A stretch of 64,000 nt of DNA from Thermoleophilia bacterium (lineage in GTDB: Bacteria; Actinomycetota; Thermoleophilia; RBG-16-64-13): contig JAOAGT010000003.1 of NCBI GenBank assembly GCA_026415615.1, forward strand, positions 103,077 through 167,076, read 5' to 3'. The notes under the pieces were generated by a model. The model was not told the DNA's origin. It did not search any database and worked only from the letters and a program-made list of their open reading frames with translations. Positions 1 to 9,254 of this stretch are shown here, one piece after another; the first letter of the stretch is position 1; each line of letters begins with the position of its first letter. The position numbers and the translations under genes were made by a program.

Positions 1-1160
1 CGCACGGTATCTGACATAAACGAAGGCTCCACTTCGATCTGGACCTCGATCTGGTCTAGAGCGCCTTCCCGGTAAAGGACAACCTGGTAGCGCGGTTCCA
101 TCCCTTCGATATCCGCTAAGACAGCGGCGATCGAAGAGGGGTAAACGTTCACACCGCGAATCACTACCATGTCATCAGTGCGGGCGTAGACCTTGCTATG
201 CCGAGCGAACACCCGGCCGCACACACAGGGTCGGTAGCTGATCGAGGCAAGATCGCCGCTCCTATAGCGGATCACCGGCACCGCTTCCTTGGTAAGCGAA
301 GTAAAAACCAACTCGCCTTCCTTGCCTTCTGGAACCGGTTCGCCGGTAATAGGGTCCACAACTTCAACCAAGAAATGGTCTTCGTTAATGTGGAGCCCGT
401 CTTTGTTCCAGCACTCGTAGGAAACACCAGGTCCAATAACTTCTGACAGTCCATATATATCGCAGGCAGACATACGGGTGCGCCGCTCGATCTCCTCGCG
501 CATCTTGTTAGTCCATGGCTCCGCACCCAGCAGCCCCACCCGGAGTTCAAGCCCAGAAAGATCCATGTTCATGTCCAGAGCCACATCGGTGAGGTGCAGT
601 ACGTAGGACGGCGTTCCTACCAAGACAGTCGTGCGAAAGTCACGCATAATCTGCAGCTGTCTTTGCGTACTTCCCACCGAGGCAGGTATGACACTGGCCC
701 CTATCCGCTCCAGTCCAGCATGCATCCCAAATGCACCCGTGGTCAGGCCATACTCAAAGGTGATCTGAGCAACATCGTGCGAACGCGCTCCTCCAGCCAC
801 CGCCACGCGAGCACACAACTCGGCCCAGGTACTTAGGTCGCCCCGACTGTAACCAACCACGGTAGGATTGGAGACCGTTCCCGAAGAGGCGTGAATGCGA
901 ATAACCTTCTCCAGAGGCAAAGCAAAGAGCTTGTAGGGATACGCAGACCGAAAATCCGCCTTAGTCATGAAAGGAAGCTTTGTGATGTCTTCCAGCGAGC
1001 GCACATCGCTAGGCCGCAGCTTCATGGCAGTCCAGCGTTCGCGATGAAAAGGCACATTGTCATATGCCCACCGCAATGTCATCTGTAGCCGCTTAAACTG
1101 CAGCTCGCGCAGTTCCTCTCGGCTCATGCACTCGTACTCTGGGTTCCAAATGTGATTCAT
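1..1160 (-). CDS. paaK: Phenylacetate-CoA ligase family protein (3' end runs off the window)
   Basis: Not in the ORF track; translated by hand from ATG 1160 (ATGA overlap with the livF stop): MNHIWNPEYECMSREELRELQFKRLQ..., RIHASSGTVSNPTVVGYS, IYGLSEVIGPGVS, IRGVNVYPSSI. Confidence 0.88.
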   Translation of the reverse strand, partial: MNHIWNPEYECMSREELRELQFKRLQMTLRWAYDNVPFHRERWTAMKLRPSDVRSLEDITKLPFMTKADFRSAYPYKLFALPLEKVIRIHASSGTVSNPTVVGYSRGDLSTWAELCARVAVAGGARSHDVAQITFEYGLTTGAFGMHAGLERIGASVIPASVGSTQRQLQIMRDFRTTVLVGTPSYVLHLTDVALDMNMDLSGLELRVGLLGAEPWTNKMREEIERRTRMSACDIYGLSEVIGPGVSYECWNKDGLHINEDHFLVEVVDPITGEPVPEGKEGELVFTSLTKEAVPVIRYRSGDLASISYRPCVCGRVFARHSKVYARTDDMVVIRGVNVYPSSIAAVLADIEGMEPRYQVVLYREGALDQIEVQIEVEPSFMSDTV

Positions 1161-1900
1161 GGTTTGCGGGCGCCCCCTCCGAACTCGCCATTTCTGCGAC
1201 CAAAGTAAATAGCACGCACCTGCGGGTTCTCCACTAACGCATGCGCTGAATCTTCAAGTACGACACTCCCCCGTTCAATCACAAGTCCCTTCTTAGCCAC
1301 ACGCAGTGCCAGCCGAGCATCCTGCTCCACAAGTAGCATGGCAAGGCCTTGCCTGTTTAACTCTCTCAGGGTGGCAAAGATGTCACGCACAACCACAGGG
1401 GCCAATCCCATGGAGGGTTCATCGAGCAGCAACAGGCGGGGCTCAGCCATTAGAGCACGTCCGATAGCTAGCATCTGTTGCTCTCCTCCAGAGAGCGTCC
1501 CCGCCTGTTGCTTTAGGCGTTCTTTGAGTCGAGGGAATAACTGAAACACACGGTCCATCCGCTCGGCAAGACTGCGCGTTCCACGACGTCGTAAGTAGGC
1601 GCCCAGCTCCAGATTCTCCCTAACCGTGAGAGAGCCAAACAGACGTCGCCCCTCGGGAATCTGTACGATGCCGCGGCCAACTATCGCTTCTATCGAAAGA
1701 CCATCTACTCTTTCTCCCTCGAAGCGGATGGCCCCCGAAGAAATGCGTAGCACTCCCGAGATCGCCTTAATTAGCGTGCTCTTGCCGGCTCCGTTGGCGC
1801 CTATCATGGTGACAATTTCGCCCGGTTCTACGGTGAGGTTAATCCCATGCAGGACTTCAATGTCCCCATAGCCAGTGCGAACATTTACCAGCTCAAGCAC
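1157..1900 (-). CDS. livF: Branched-chain amino acid-type ABC transporter ATPase (LivF-like)
   Basis: GANGAGKST, LSGGEQQMLAIGRALM, LLLDEPSMGL. Confidence 0.92.
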   Translation of the reverse strand: MLELVNVRTGYGDIEVLHGINLTVEPGEIVTMIGANGAGKSTLIKAISGVLRISSGAIRFEGERVDGLSIEAIVGRGIVQIPEGRRLFGSLTVRENLELGAYLRRRGTRSLAERMDRVFQLFPRLKERLKQQAGTLSGGEQQMLAIGRALMAEPRLLLLDEPSMGLAPVVVRDIFATLRELNRQGLAMLLVEQDARLALRVAKKGLVIERGSVVLEDSAHALVENPQVRAIYFGRRNGEFGGGARKP

Positions 1901-1970
1901 GCAACCCTTCCTCGCTCAAGTGAGTTTCGCCTCTAGCGCCTTGCATCCGGGAAAACTGGTTTCGCGCCGT

Positions 1971-3251
1971 CTATTCGACCAGCACCCACTTGCCGTTCTC
2001 AATCTTTACAATGATCATCTGGTCAGCCGTCAGGCCATCGTGGTCAGTCTCGGAATAATTGTAAATGCCATCTGGACCGACAAACCCTTTGGTAGAGTTA
2101 AGCGCCGCCTGAATTGCCGTGGCTTCTGTGCTTTTTGCTTTCTCTATGGCCGCCACTAACAAAGTGATGGCCTCAAACGCATACCCGGCAAACGTGTTTG
2201 GCATTTCGTTGTAGGTAGCCTTGTAAAGATCAATGAACTCTTGCGTTACCTTCTTTTGCTCCGGATTTGTAATTGAGTCGGGTACTAGCAGTCGCCCAGC
2301 TGGGAATACCACTCCCTCAACAGCGTCGCCCCCAAGTTCAATGAAGGTGCGGTTCGCAATGCCATGGCTACCCACGTAGGGAATCTTCATTCCAAGCTGC
2401 TTCATATTCTTGGCGGCCAAAGCCGGCCCCGGATTCGTCCCCCATACCACGATTACCTCCGGCCCGGCGGCCCGTATCTTGGTGAGCTGTGAAGTCAAGT
2501 CAGTGTCGTCGGTCTTGTAGGGTTCCACGGCGACAATCTCAAGTCCATAGCTACCCGCGGTCCGCTCGATCTCCTTGGCTCCTGAGGATCCAAAAGCATT
2601 TTCATCGTGAAGCACGGCAATCTTCTTGGCTCCAAGAGACTTCGATATATAGGTTAATGCCCTGGCCACAGCCATCGCATCTTTGTGCGGCGTCCGCCAA
2701 ATCCATTCCGTTGGCGGCGCATCGGTGATGTCGTTTGCCGCCGCCATGGCGATTTGAGGAACCTTCCTCTCGGCGGTGATCGGCTTGACCGCGAGTGTAG
2801 ACGCAGAACCGGTAGCGGCGATTATGGCCACTGCCTTCTTCTGGTCGAGCAACCGGTTGGCTGCCGTAACCGCCTCCTTTGCATCTGTCTTATCGTCCTC
2901 AACTATCACATCGAGCGGGCGGCCGAGCACGCCACCTTCCTGATTGATCTTGCTCTCCATCATTTCAAGTACGTTTCTTTCCTGGACTCCCAAGGCGGCA
3001 TTCGGACCAGTTGCGGAGACGATCGCACCGATGACCACGGGTTCGCCAGTCGGAGCTGCACCGCCCGAAGCACTGGTCGTAACCGAGGAGTTGCCCCCTT
3101 GAGCGTTCTGGGCCGACGAATCTTTCCCCCCGCAGCCCACGAGCGATAAGAGAAGGCTTGAGCCCAAAACTGCAATGCACAGCGACCAAGCCCAGCCATG
3201 GCGCCTTGGCATTTCCGATCTGCGCTGCTCAGCTTTCCTCACTTGCCTCAT
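1971..3251 (-). CDS. Liv-type ABC substrate-binding lipoprotein
   Basis: Lipobox LVGC, Ser/Gly linker, INQEGGVLGRPL..EDD periplasmic-binding motif; start may be downstream. Confidence 0.9.
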   Translation of the reverse strand: MRQVRKAEQRRSEMPRRHGWAWSLCIAVLGSSLLLSLVGCGGKDSSAQNAQGGNSSVTTSASGGAAPTGEPVVIGAIVSATGPNAALGVQERNVLEMMESKINQEGGVLGRPLDVIVEDDKTDAKEAVTAANRLLDQKKAVAIIAATGSASTLAVKPITAERKVPQIAMAAANDITDAPPTEWIWRTPHKDAMAVARALTYISKSLGAKKIAVLHDENAFGSSGAKEIERTAGSYGLEIVAVEPYKTDDTDLTSQLTKIRAAGPEVIVVWGTNPGPALAAKNMKQLGMKIPYVGSHGIANRTFIELGGDAVEGVVFPAGRLLVPDSITNPEQKKVTQEFIDLYKATYNEMPNTFAGYAFEAITLLVAAIEKAKSTEATAIQAALNSTKGFVGPDGIYNYSETDHDGLTADQMIIVKIENGKWVLVE

Positions 3252-4014
3252 CCTCTAACTCCTCCCCTAAGTAGGCTTTTATTACTTCCTCGTTTTCTTG
3301 GATCATGAAGGGCGGTCCTTCCGCAATCTTCCGCCCGTAATCCAACACCACCACTTCATCCGATAGATCCATGACAAAGCTCATGTCGTGTTCGACTAGG
3401 AGAACGGTGATCCCTTCGGCTCTAAGTCTTCTGACCACCTCAGCCAAGCGGGCAGTTTCGGCTTCGTTGAGGCCGGCCGCTGGTTCATCCAAGAGGAGAA
3501 GCTGCGGTTCTGTAGCCAAAGCCCGCGCAATCTCAAGCAGGTGTCGCTCACCCATCGCCAGATTGCCTGCTGGATCGTCCCCCCGGTGCTCAAGCCCAAC
3601 CCGCCGCAGTGCGTCTTCGGCAGCCTTCATAGTCTCACGTTCTTCACGGCGGTGAAGAGGGAGTGTAAGAAAAGCCGCTAGCAATCCGGCCTTGGTGCGC
3701 GAATACCTCCCTACGGCGACGTTTTCAAGCACAGTCATGTCTTCGAAAACCAGACTGTGTTGAAAAGTGCGGCCCAAACCCAAGCGACACATACGGTGTG
3801 GCGGATACCCAGTTACGTTCCTATCTGCAAAATACACTCTGCCGCTCGTGGGTAGCAGATATCCCGAAACAAGGTTAAAAAGGGTCGTCTTCCCAGCCCC
3901 GTTCGGCCCGATAAGCGCCTTAATCTGACCGCGATAAACCGCGAAAGTGACTTCGCGCAGAGCCTCAAGTCCACCAAACCGCTTTGTGACCTTGTCCACT
4001 CTAAGAAGCGCCAC
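3229..4014 (-). CDS. livG: Liv-type ABC ATPase (LivG-like)
   Basis: GPNGAGKTT, LLLDEPAAGL, VEHDM, AYLG C-terminus. Confidence 0.92.
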   Translation of the reverse strand: MALLRVDKVTKRFGGLEALREVTFAVYRGQIKALIGPNGAGKTTLFNLVSGYLLPTSGRVYFADRNVTGYPPHRMCRLGLGRTFQHSLVFEDMTVLENVAVGRYSRTKAGLLAAFLTLPLHRREERETMKAAEDALRRVGLEHRGDDPAGNLAMGERHLLEIARALATEPQLLLLDEPAAGLNEAETARLAEVVRRLRAEGITVLLVEHDMSFVMDLSDEVVVLDYGRKIAEGPPFMIQENEEVIKAYLGEELEDEASEES

Positions 4015-4996
4015 GCCGAATCCGATCCCCTACAAGTTTTCGCCACCTACCAAAAGTCGGCCCGACCCCTCGCCGCCGTCCTTGCCAAAAGATCATTATG
4101 GCAATCAGCAAAACGCCGAACACCAAATTTGTAAGATCGGAGTGGACCCGCTTGAGGAGCTCAGGAAGGATAACGATTGCGACCGTTCCCCAGACCGCCC
4201 CCCAGATGCTGCCCAATCCCCCAATGATTACTCCAGTAATGAGAATGATGGAAAAGGTCACTGTGTAACCTTCGGGGCTTACAAACCTCATGTAGTGAGC
4301 ATCAAAACTACCCGCGATGCTTGCAAACACTGCCGCGAGAACAAAGACCTGAACCTTGCGGTAAGAGACGTCGATTCCCAAGGACTGAGCTGCCGCCTCC
4401 GAGCGACTAAGAGCACGCAGCGCGCGCCCAACCCGGCTCGCCGACAAATTCAGGCTGAGACGCAGCATTATCAGGGCAACTCCCCAGGCCACCAGGTGAT
4501 AAACCTTGGGTCCACTCAAAACAAGGCCCCCCAGAGAAAGGCCCGGGATACCAGTGATGCCGTCTGTGCCATTGGTGAGACTCTTAAGGCGGACTAGCAA
4601 GAGATAAATGATTTCGTTGACACCCAGCGTGGCCATGGCGAGGTAGTAGCCCCTCAACCTCAGCGTCGGGATTCCCACTAATGCGGCGATACCGGCGGAC
4701 AAGAGAGCCGCGAGCAACATGGCAGCCCACGGGTCCAGGCCTAGGCGCGTAGTTAGAATAGCTGACCCGTAGGCTCCAATCCCCACAAAGCCTGCCTGAC
4801 CAAGAGATATCTGTCCTGCCTGTCCAAGAAGAAGACTTAGACCTAAGGCCATCATGAAGCGCGTAGCCATGAAGGCCAAAATGGACAAGTAGTAAGCGTC
4901 CCCCACGTATGCGGGAACGGTCATAACTGCAATGCCAAAAACCAGAAAGCCAGCGTGCCGGCGGAGGTATCTGCAGAAAGCTTTGATCTCTGCCAC
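4001..4996 (-). CDS. livM: Liv-type ABC permease (LivM-like)
   Basis: GQISLGQAGF, LRLRGYYLAMATLG, GGLGSIWG. Confidence 0.9.
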   Translation of the reverse strand: MAEIKAFCRYLRRHAGFLVFGIAVMTVPAYVGDAYYLSILAFMATRFMMALGLSLLLGQAGQISLGQAGFVGIGAYGSAILTTRLGLDPWAAMLLAALLSAGIAALVGIPTLRLRGYYLAMATLGVNEIIYLLLVRLKSLTNGTDGITGIPGLSLGGLVLSGPKVYHLVAWGVALIMLRLSLNLSASRVGRALRALSRSEAAAQSLGIDVSYRKVQVFVLAAVFASIAGSFDAHYMRFVSPEGYTVTFSIILITGVIIGGLGSIWGAVWGTVAIVILPELLKRVHSDLTNLVFGVLLIAIMIFWQGRRRGVGPTFGRWRKLVGDRIRRGAS

Positions 4997-5007
4997 GGCC
5001 CAGCTCC

Positions 5008-5886
5008 CTAGTGGCGTCCACTCAAGCGCGTCCCCAAGATGCCTGAGGGACGCGAGAACAACACAGCAAGCAAGATGGCAAACGCAATGACATCTTTGTA
5101 GCCAGCCGACACGACGCCCACTCCCAGGGCCTCCACCACCCCTAGTACGTAGCCGCCTATGACTGCACCCACCGGGCTACCGAGGCCGCCGAGAGTAGCC
5201 GCGGCAAAACCTTTTAGCCCCAGAAGCGATCCGGAGTGGTAACTCATAAAACTAATGGGGGTAATCATGACCCCAGCTGCCGCCGAGATAGCCCCTGTGA
5301 GAGCAAAGATAAGAGTCACCACACGGCCGTACGGGATCCCCTGGAGCCGGGCAGCAATGGGATCCACCGCGCACGCCCGCACCGCCTTGCCCACAAGAGT
5401 CACCCGAAAGAAGAGTTGAAGCATCACCACAATGGTTGCAGAAAGCCCCACTACCCAGAGAGTCTGGGGCACCACCGTCGCCCCGCCCACGAAGAGTGGC
5501 TGGTCTCCCGAGAAAGGCGGCAAACCGACTGCGTCTCTGCCCCAAATCAGCATCGCGGCGGTCTCAAACACAAAAGAAGCTCCGACGGTGGCAATGACCT
5601 GGGCAAGAACTCCTTTGTGCAGCAGAGGCCGAACCGCTATGCGCTCGAAGCCGGCTGCCACCACGGCTAGTGCTGCCACTGCTCCTATAAACGCGGCCCA
5701 GAGAGGTAGCCCGCTGTCATAAAGGGTCACTCCCAGCATGCCCCCGAGCATAACCAGCTGGCCCTGGGCAAAGTTGATTACCGAAGTGGCATTAAAGACA
5801 AGCGTGAAGCCGAGCGCGGTTAGAGCGTAGATGCTCCCGCTTGTGATGCCGCTGAAGAGATACTGAAGCAGCTCGGCTGAACTCAC
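5008..5886 (-). CDS. livH: Liv-type ABC permease (LivH-like)
   Basis: GSIYALTALGFTL, INFAQG, KGFAAATLGGLGS, RPSGILG. Confidence 0.9.
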   Translation of the reverse strand: MSSAELLQYLFSGITSGSIYALTALGFTLVFNATSVINFAQGQLVMLGGMLGVTLYDSGLPLWAAFIGAVAALAVVAAGFERIAVRPLLHKGVLAQVIATVGASFVFETAAMLIWGRDAVGLPPFSGDQPLFVGGATVVPQTLWVVGLSATIVVMLQLFFRVTLVGKAVRACAVDPIAARLQGIPYGRVVTLIFALTGAISAAAGVMITPISFMSYHSGSLLGLKGFAAATLGGLGSPVGAVIGGYVLGVVEALGVGVVSAGYKDVIAFAILLAVLFSRPSGILGTRLSGRH

Positions 5887-5892
5887 GGGCTA

Positions 5893-6321
5893 CTAATCGA
5901 AGGAAACGGTGGAGACAAGATCTTCGGGTGTGAGAATGCCGAAGCCGGCTTCTTGCAGCATCTTCTCCAGACGCTCAGGTTCCTCAGTGCGCAATATGAG
6001 CGAGTCCTGAGTGCCTAAGTAGATGTACTCGATATCCAAACCAGAGTCAGAGACCAGACGAGCCACCTTGGCCAATGTTCCGGGTCGATTCGGAAGAAGC
6101 GCCCCGACAACCTGATGTTCGACAACCGCGTAGCCCGCCGCCGAAAGAATCTCCTTGGCCTTTTCCACTTGGTCAACAACCAAGCGCAGCACCCCGTAGT
6201 CCTCGGTATCGGCAATTGTGAATGAGAGAACGTTGACCTGGCCCGCTGCCAAACACGCAAGTGTGTCGGCAAGATGGCCCGGCTTGTTCTCTACAAAAAC
6301 CGACAGCTGTGGAATACTCAT
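5893..6321 (-). CDS. Tandem ACT-domain (amino-acid-binding) protein
   Basis: QLSVFVENKPGHL...ADTEDYGVLRLVV; this family commonly sits beside paaK. Confidence 0.85.
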   Translation of the reverse strand: MSIPQLSVFVENKPGHLADTLACLAAGQVNVLSFTIADTEDYGVLRLVVDQVEKAKEILSAAGYAVVEHQVVGALLPNRPGTLAKVARLVSDSGLDIEYIYLGTQDSLILRTEEPERLEKMLQEAGFGILTPEDLVSTVSFD

Positions 6322-6362
6322 GCCCACCCCTGCATATTCTATTACACCGCGCAGCTGGCCCC

Positions 6363-7613
6363 TTATCCGCCCTCCGGACGCAAGGCTCCTTCAGTATACT
6401 CAAGAGCGGGATCCCAAAGCAGCCATTCCGTAAACCCCTGTTCCTCAGCCGCTCTGATCTGAGCCTTTACTCTTTCCACTCCGTACTCCACCCCTCGGAG
6501 CGAGAAATCTTGAAGCCAAGGACGCCCCATGGCGCCTGTTCCTGCCAGTCTCTTAGCTGTCTCCTTCATCGCAGCAGAAACAGTCTCGTAGGGACTAGCA
6601 TTGGGGTTTTGAATCCCGTAAGAACCACTCTCATAGTGGGACGGGTACACCATCGGACACACTATGTCCACATTCTGAGCGATCTTCCAATAGCGCTGGC
6701 CGATCACGGCCGCATCACGGGTATCCATGATCGCAATGCCGAAGATATCCGCCGACACCCAAACCCCTAGCTTTTCCAGTCGTTGACGGGCATACGCCAA
6801 AAACCCAGCAATGGCGTCTTCTTTAGCGCAATACTCACCCGGATAGACAGCCTCCGAAATAGGACCGTCGCTCGGAAAACGCACGTAGTCAAACTGGATC
6901 TCTCTAAATCCATGCCGAGCGGCGTCTTCCGCTATTTGCACGAGATACTCCCACACCTCGTGCTTGTACGGGTTCGTGTAGTGAAGACCCTTCCAGTCGG
7001 CCCATTTACCTCCCTTGGAGCTGCGGACCGAGAGATCGGGCCTTGCTTCGGACAGGCGAGTATCCTTGAAACACACCACACGAGCAATTGGAACGATATT
7101 GTGCTTTGCCAAGGTCGCAAGCAAAGCATCAATGTCCTTTATGCGGTTCTCAATAAGCCCCAGCTTTTTTGCCATAGGCACATTCGCAGCGTACGTGATC
7201 TTGCCCCAGTCGTCCTTGACATCAATTACGAAAGCGTTGATTTCGGTCCTGTCAGCCAAGCCGAGCAATCTCGGCATCCATTCGTTGGACTGAACAGCGT
7301 AACTGCCAACGTAAATACCCTTCACTGGGGTATAGGAAAGGTCGCGAAAAGCGATCAGATCAACGAGAGGTTCTACCGAGTAGTCGGGCGCTGTGACTGC
7401 AGGCGTTGTGATCGACACGGCCTGCTCCGCAGAACGCCAAGGAAAGCCTGGTCCCCCAACCATCCAGCTTCCTAAAGACCAAAGCAGTACGAAGCCCGCA
7501 CCAAAAGCCGCCAGACCAGCAATAATGACGAATGTCATCCGAACCGCTATTCCTCGGCGACGCCGAGATGTTCGCAAGCGGGTGGTGGCTGTGTTAGCTT
7601 TTCTCGGCGGCAT
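6363..7613 (-). CDS. Membrane-anchored putative glycoside hydrolase (DUF4015-like TIM barrel)
   Basis: N-terminal TM helix; NAFVIDVKDDWG, ARVVCFKD, EIQFDYVRFP, PMVYPSHY, RPWLQDF. Confidence 0.8.
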   Translation of the reverse strand: MPPRKANTATTRLRTSRRRRGIAVRMTFVIIAGLAAFGAGFVLLWSLGSWMVGGPGFPWRSAEQAVSITTPAVTAPDYSVEPLVDLIAFRDLSYTPVKGIYVGSYAVQSNEWMPRLLGLADRTEINAFVIDVKDDWGKITYAANVPMAKKLGLIENRIKDIDALLATLAKHNIVPIARVVCFKDTRLSEARPDLSVRSSKGGKWADWKGLHYTNPYKHEVWEYLVQIAEDAARHGFREIQFDYVRFPSDGPISEAVYPGEYCAKEDAIAGFLAYARQRLEKLGVWVSADIFGIAIMDTRDAAVIGQRYWKIAQNVDIVCPMVYPSHYESGSYGIQNPNASPYETVSAAMKETAKRLAGTGAMGRPWLQDFSLRGVEYGVERVKAQIRAAEEQGFTEWLLWDPALEYTEGALRPEGG

Positions 7614-7658
7614 GGCGGAACTAGTGTATCAGAGGTATTTGATAAACTTCGTTACATT

Positions 7659-8765
7659 ATGCGAACAGGGAGAGTACTCCGTTTTCTGATTGGGGCCTTC
7701 GCAGCAGGCGCCTTCATCGGGCTGATCGCTGGTCTCGCCTTTGGAGGCTCGGAATCACAAACACAACCTGCTTCAGCTGAAGACAACAGCGCCAGCCCTT
7801 CCCGCACCGCCCTTGCCTCATCGAGCTCAACTGGCGAAGAAGCCGCGCTAGATGGACCCATGACCGCGGAACGCGCGAAAGCCATCGGTGCCAATGAAAT
7901 GGGTCTGATCCCCGTCTTTATGTACCACCTCATTGAGCCTGAAGAAAGCGAGTGGTCTCGCACTCCCGAAAACTTTCGCCGCGACCTGGCGCTGCTCGAA
8001 AAGGAGGGCTTTTGGCCAATCACGGTGCGCGACTTAGCCTCCGGCAACATTGACATACCAGCGGGTAAGTCGCCCGTGGTTCTTACCTTCGACGACTCAA
8101 GCATGGGCCAGTACCATATCTTGGAAGACGGGTCCCTCGATCCTGATTGCGCTGTCGGAATCATGCAGGCAGAGGTGGAGGCAAAGCGGTGGGCGCCGCG
8201 GGCTTCTTTCTTTCCCTTGATCGACGTCGACGTAAGCTCGCGAGAGATCTTTGGCCAGCCCGACTTGAAAAGGGAGAAACTTCGCAACCTGGTGGCCTGG
8301 GGCTACGAAGTCGGAAGCCACACCGTAACCCACCTCAATTTGGCCAAAGCCTCTCGGCAGGAGGCGGCGAAGCAGCTTGCACAATCGCAGCAGATTCTCG
8401 AAGACCTCATTGGTGGTGGTTACTCGGTGACAAGCTTGGCAGTGCCGTTCGGTGAGTACCCGGCGTCAGACCAAATATTGTCCCAAGGCAAGTACCAAGA
8501 CATCACCTATGCCTATAGTGCCGTGTTGTCCACAGTGGGAGAGCTTTGTACTTCGCCTTTTTCTGGGAAGTTCCAGCCTCTTCACATTCCCAGAATCCGT
8601 GGCAGCACCAAATACATAACTGCCGCCCTTGACACTCTTAAGAAGAACCCGGGGCTGCGATATATATCCGATGGCGACCCCACAACTGTGTCGGCTCCTC
8701 TAGACCTTGACCCGGCACTGGGCGAAATGCGGAGCGACCTTGGGCGGCCTGTGGTGCGCTATTGA
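7659..8765 (+). CDS. Exported polysaccharide deacetylase (NodB/CE4)
   Basis: Signal/TM segment; VFMYH, LTFDDS, GSHTVTH, AVPFG. Confidence 0.85.
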   Translation: MRTGRVLRFLIGAFAAGAFIGLIAGLAFGGSESQTQPASAEDNSASPSRTALASSSSTGEEAALDGPMTAERAKAIGANEMGLIPVFMYHLIEPEESEWSRTPENFRRDLALLEKEGFWPITVRDLASGNIDIPAGKSPVVLTFDDSSMGQYHILEDGSLDPDCAVGIMQAEVEAKRWAPRASFFPLIDVDVSSREIFGQPDLKREKLRNLVAWGYEVGSHTVTHLNLAKASRQEAAKQLAQSQQILEDLIGGGYSVTSLAVPFGEYPASDQILSQGKYQDITYAYSAVLSTVGELCTSPFSGKFQPLHIPRIRGSTKYITAALDTLKKNPGLRYISDGDPTTVSAPLDLDPALGEMRSDLGRPVVRY

Positions 8766-8816
8766 GCTGCCAGAACTCTGGCCCCCGGTCGAGGAGCAAA
8801 CTGCGCGAGTCTGAGA

Positions 8817-8890
8817 GGCTGTAGTTTTGAGCCCAGGGCTGTAGTTTCCAGCCCAAGGCTAGAGTTTCGATCCCAAGGCTAGAGTCTCTC
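8817..8890. repeat. 20-bp tandem repeat, three full and one partial degenerate copy
   Basis: GGCTGTAGTTTTGAGCCCAG / GGCTGTAGTTTCCAGCCCAA / GGCTAGAGTTTCGATCCCAA / GGCTAGAGTCTCTC. Confidence 0.8.
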
Positions 8891-9124
8891 TAGGCACACG
8901 TCTCCGGCATTGCCTACTCTCACGACAAAGCGGCCGCCGCAAAGTCCACATTCAAAACTTGCGCCGTCTTGCAGAGAAAAATCTGCCTCCTGTCTGGGTG
9001 AGGAGCCTAGATGCACTACCACATGGCAGTGCGGGCAGGGAAAGTCAAAGTGTTGCTCTTGGTTCTGGAGAGCTCTTTTATCCCCAACGATTTCCCATAG
9101 CGGATCGTACTTCTTTTTGGCCAC
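8879..9124 (-). CDS. Small zinc-ribbon protein (81 aa)
   Basis: GGAGGT RBS before GTG; CPHC...CGLC pairs. Confidence 0.7.
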   Translation of the reverse strand: MAKKKYDPLWEIVGDKRALQNQEQHFDFPCPHCHVVVHLGSSPRQEADFSLQDGASFECGLCGGRFVVRVGNAGDVCLERL

Positions 9125-9254
9125 TGTACCTCCCGGGCATGTCCCCATCCAACACGCGGTGACTTCGCAAGCGAAGCCCGCCAGTCAGGGTATTCTAACT
9201 CCCACAACAAACACGAACCAAGGAAACAAGATGCTGCTGGCGAGGGCGACATCA

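Noticed and set aside
7636-7668. dif-like site (GATAA...TTATGCGAAC)
   Set aside because: The arms are 11 bp apart rather than 6, and the sequence overlaps a start codon.
8817-8890. Possible mini-CRISPR array
   Set aside because: The units are contiguous with no spacers, are degenerate, and no cas genes are present.
8879-9124. LysW amino-group carrier protein
   Set aside because: No C-terminal EDWGE, and the window encodes the DAP lysine pathway.
8910-9254. N-terminal extension of LipB in the ORF track
   Set aside because: It overlaps the opposite-strand zinc-ribbon gene, and LipB similarity starts at ATG 9255.
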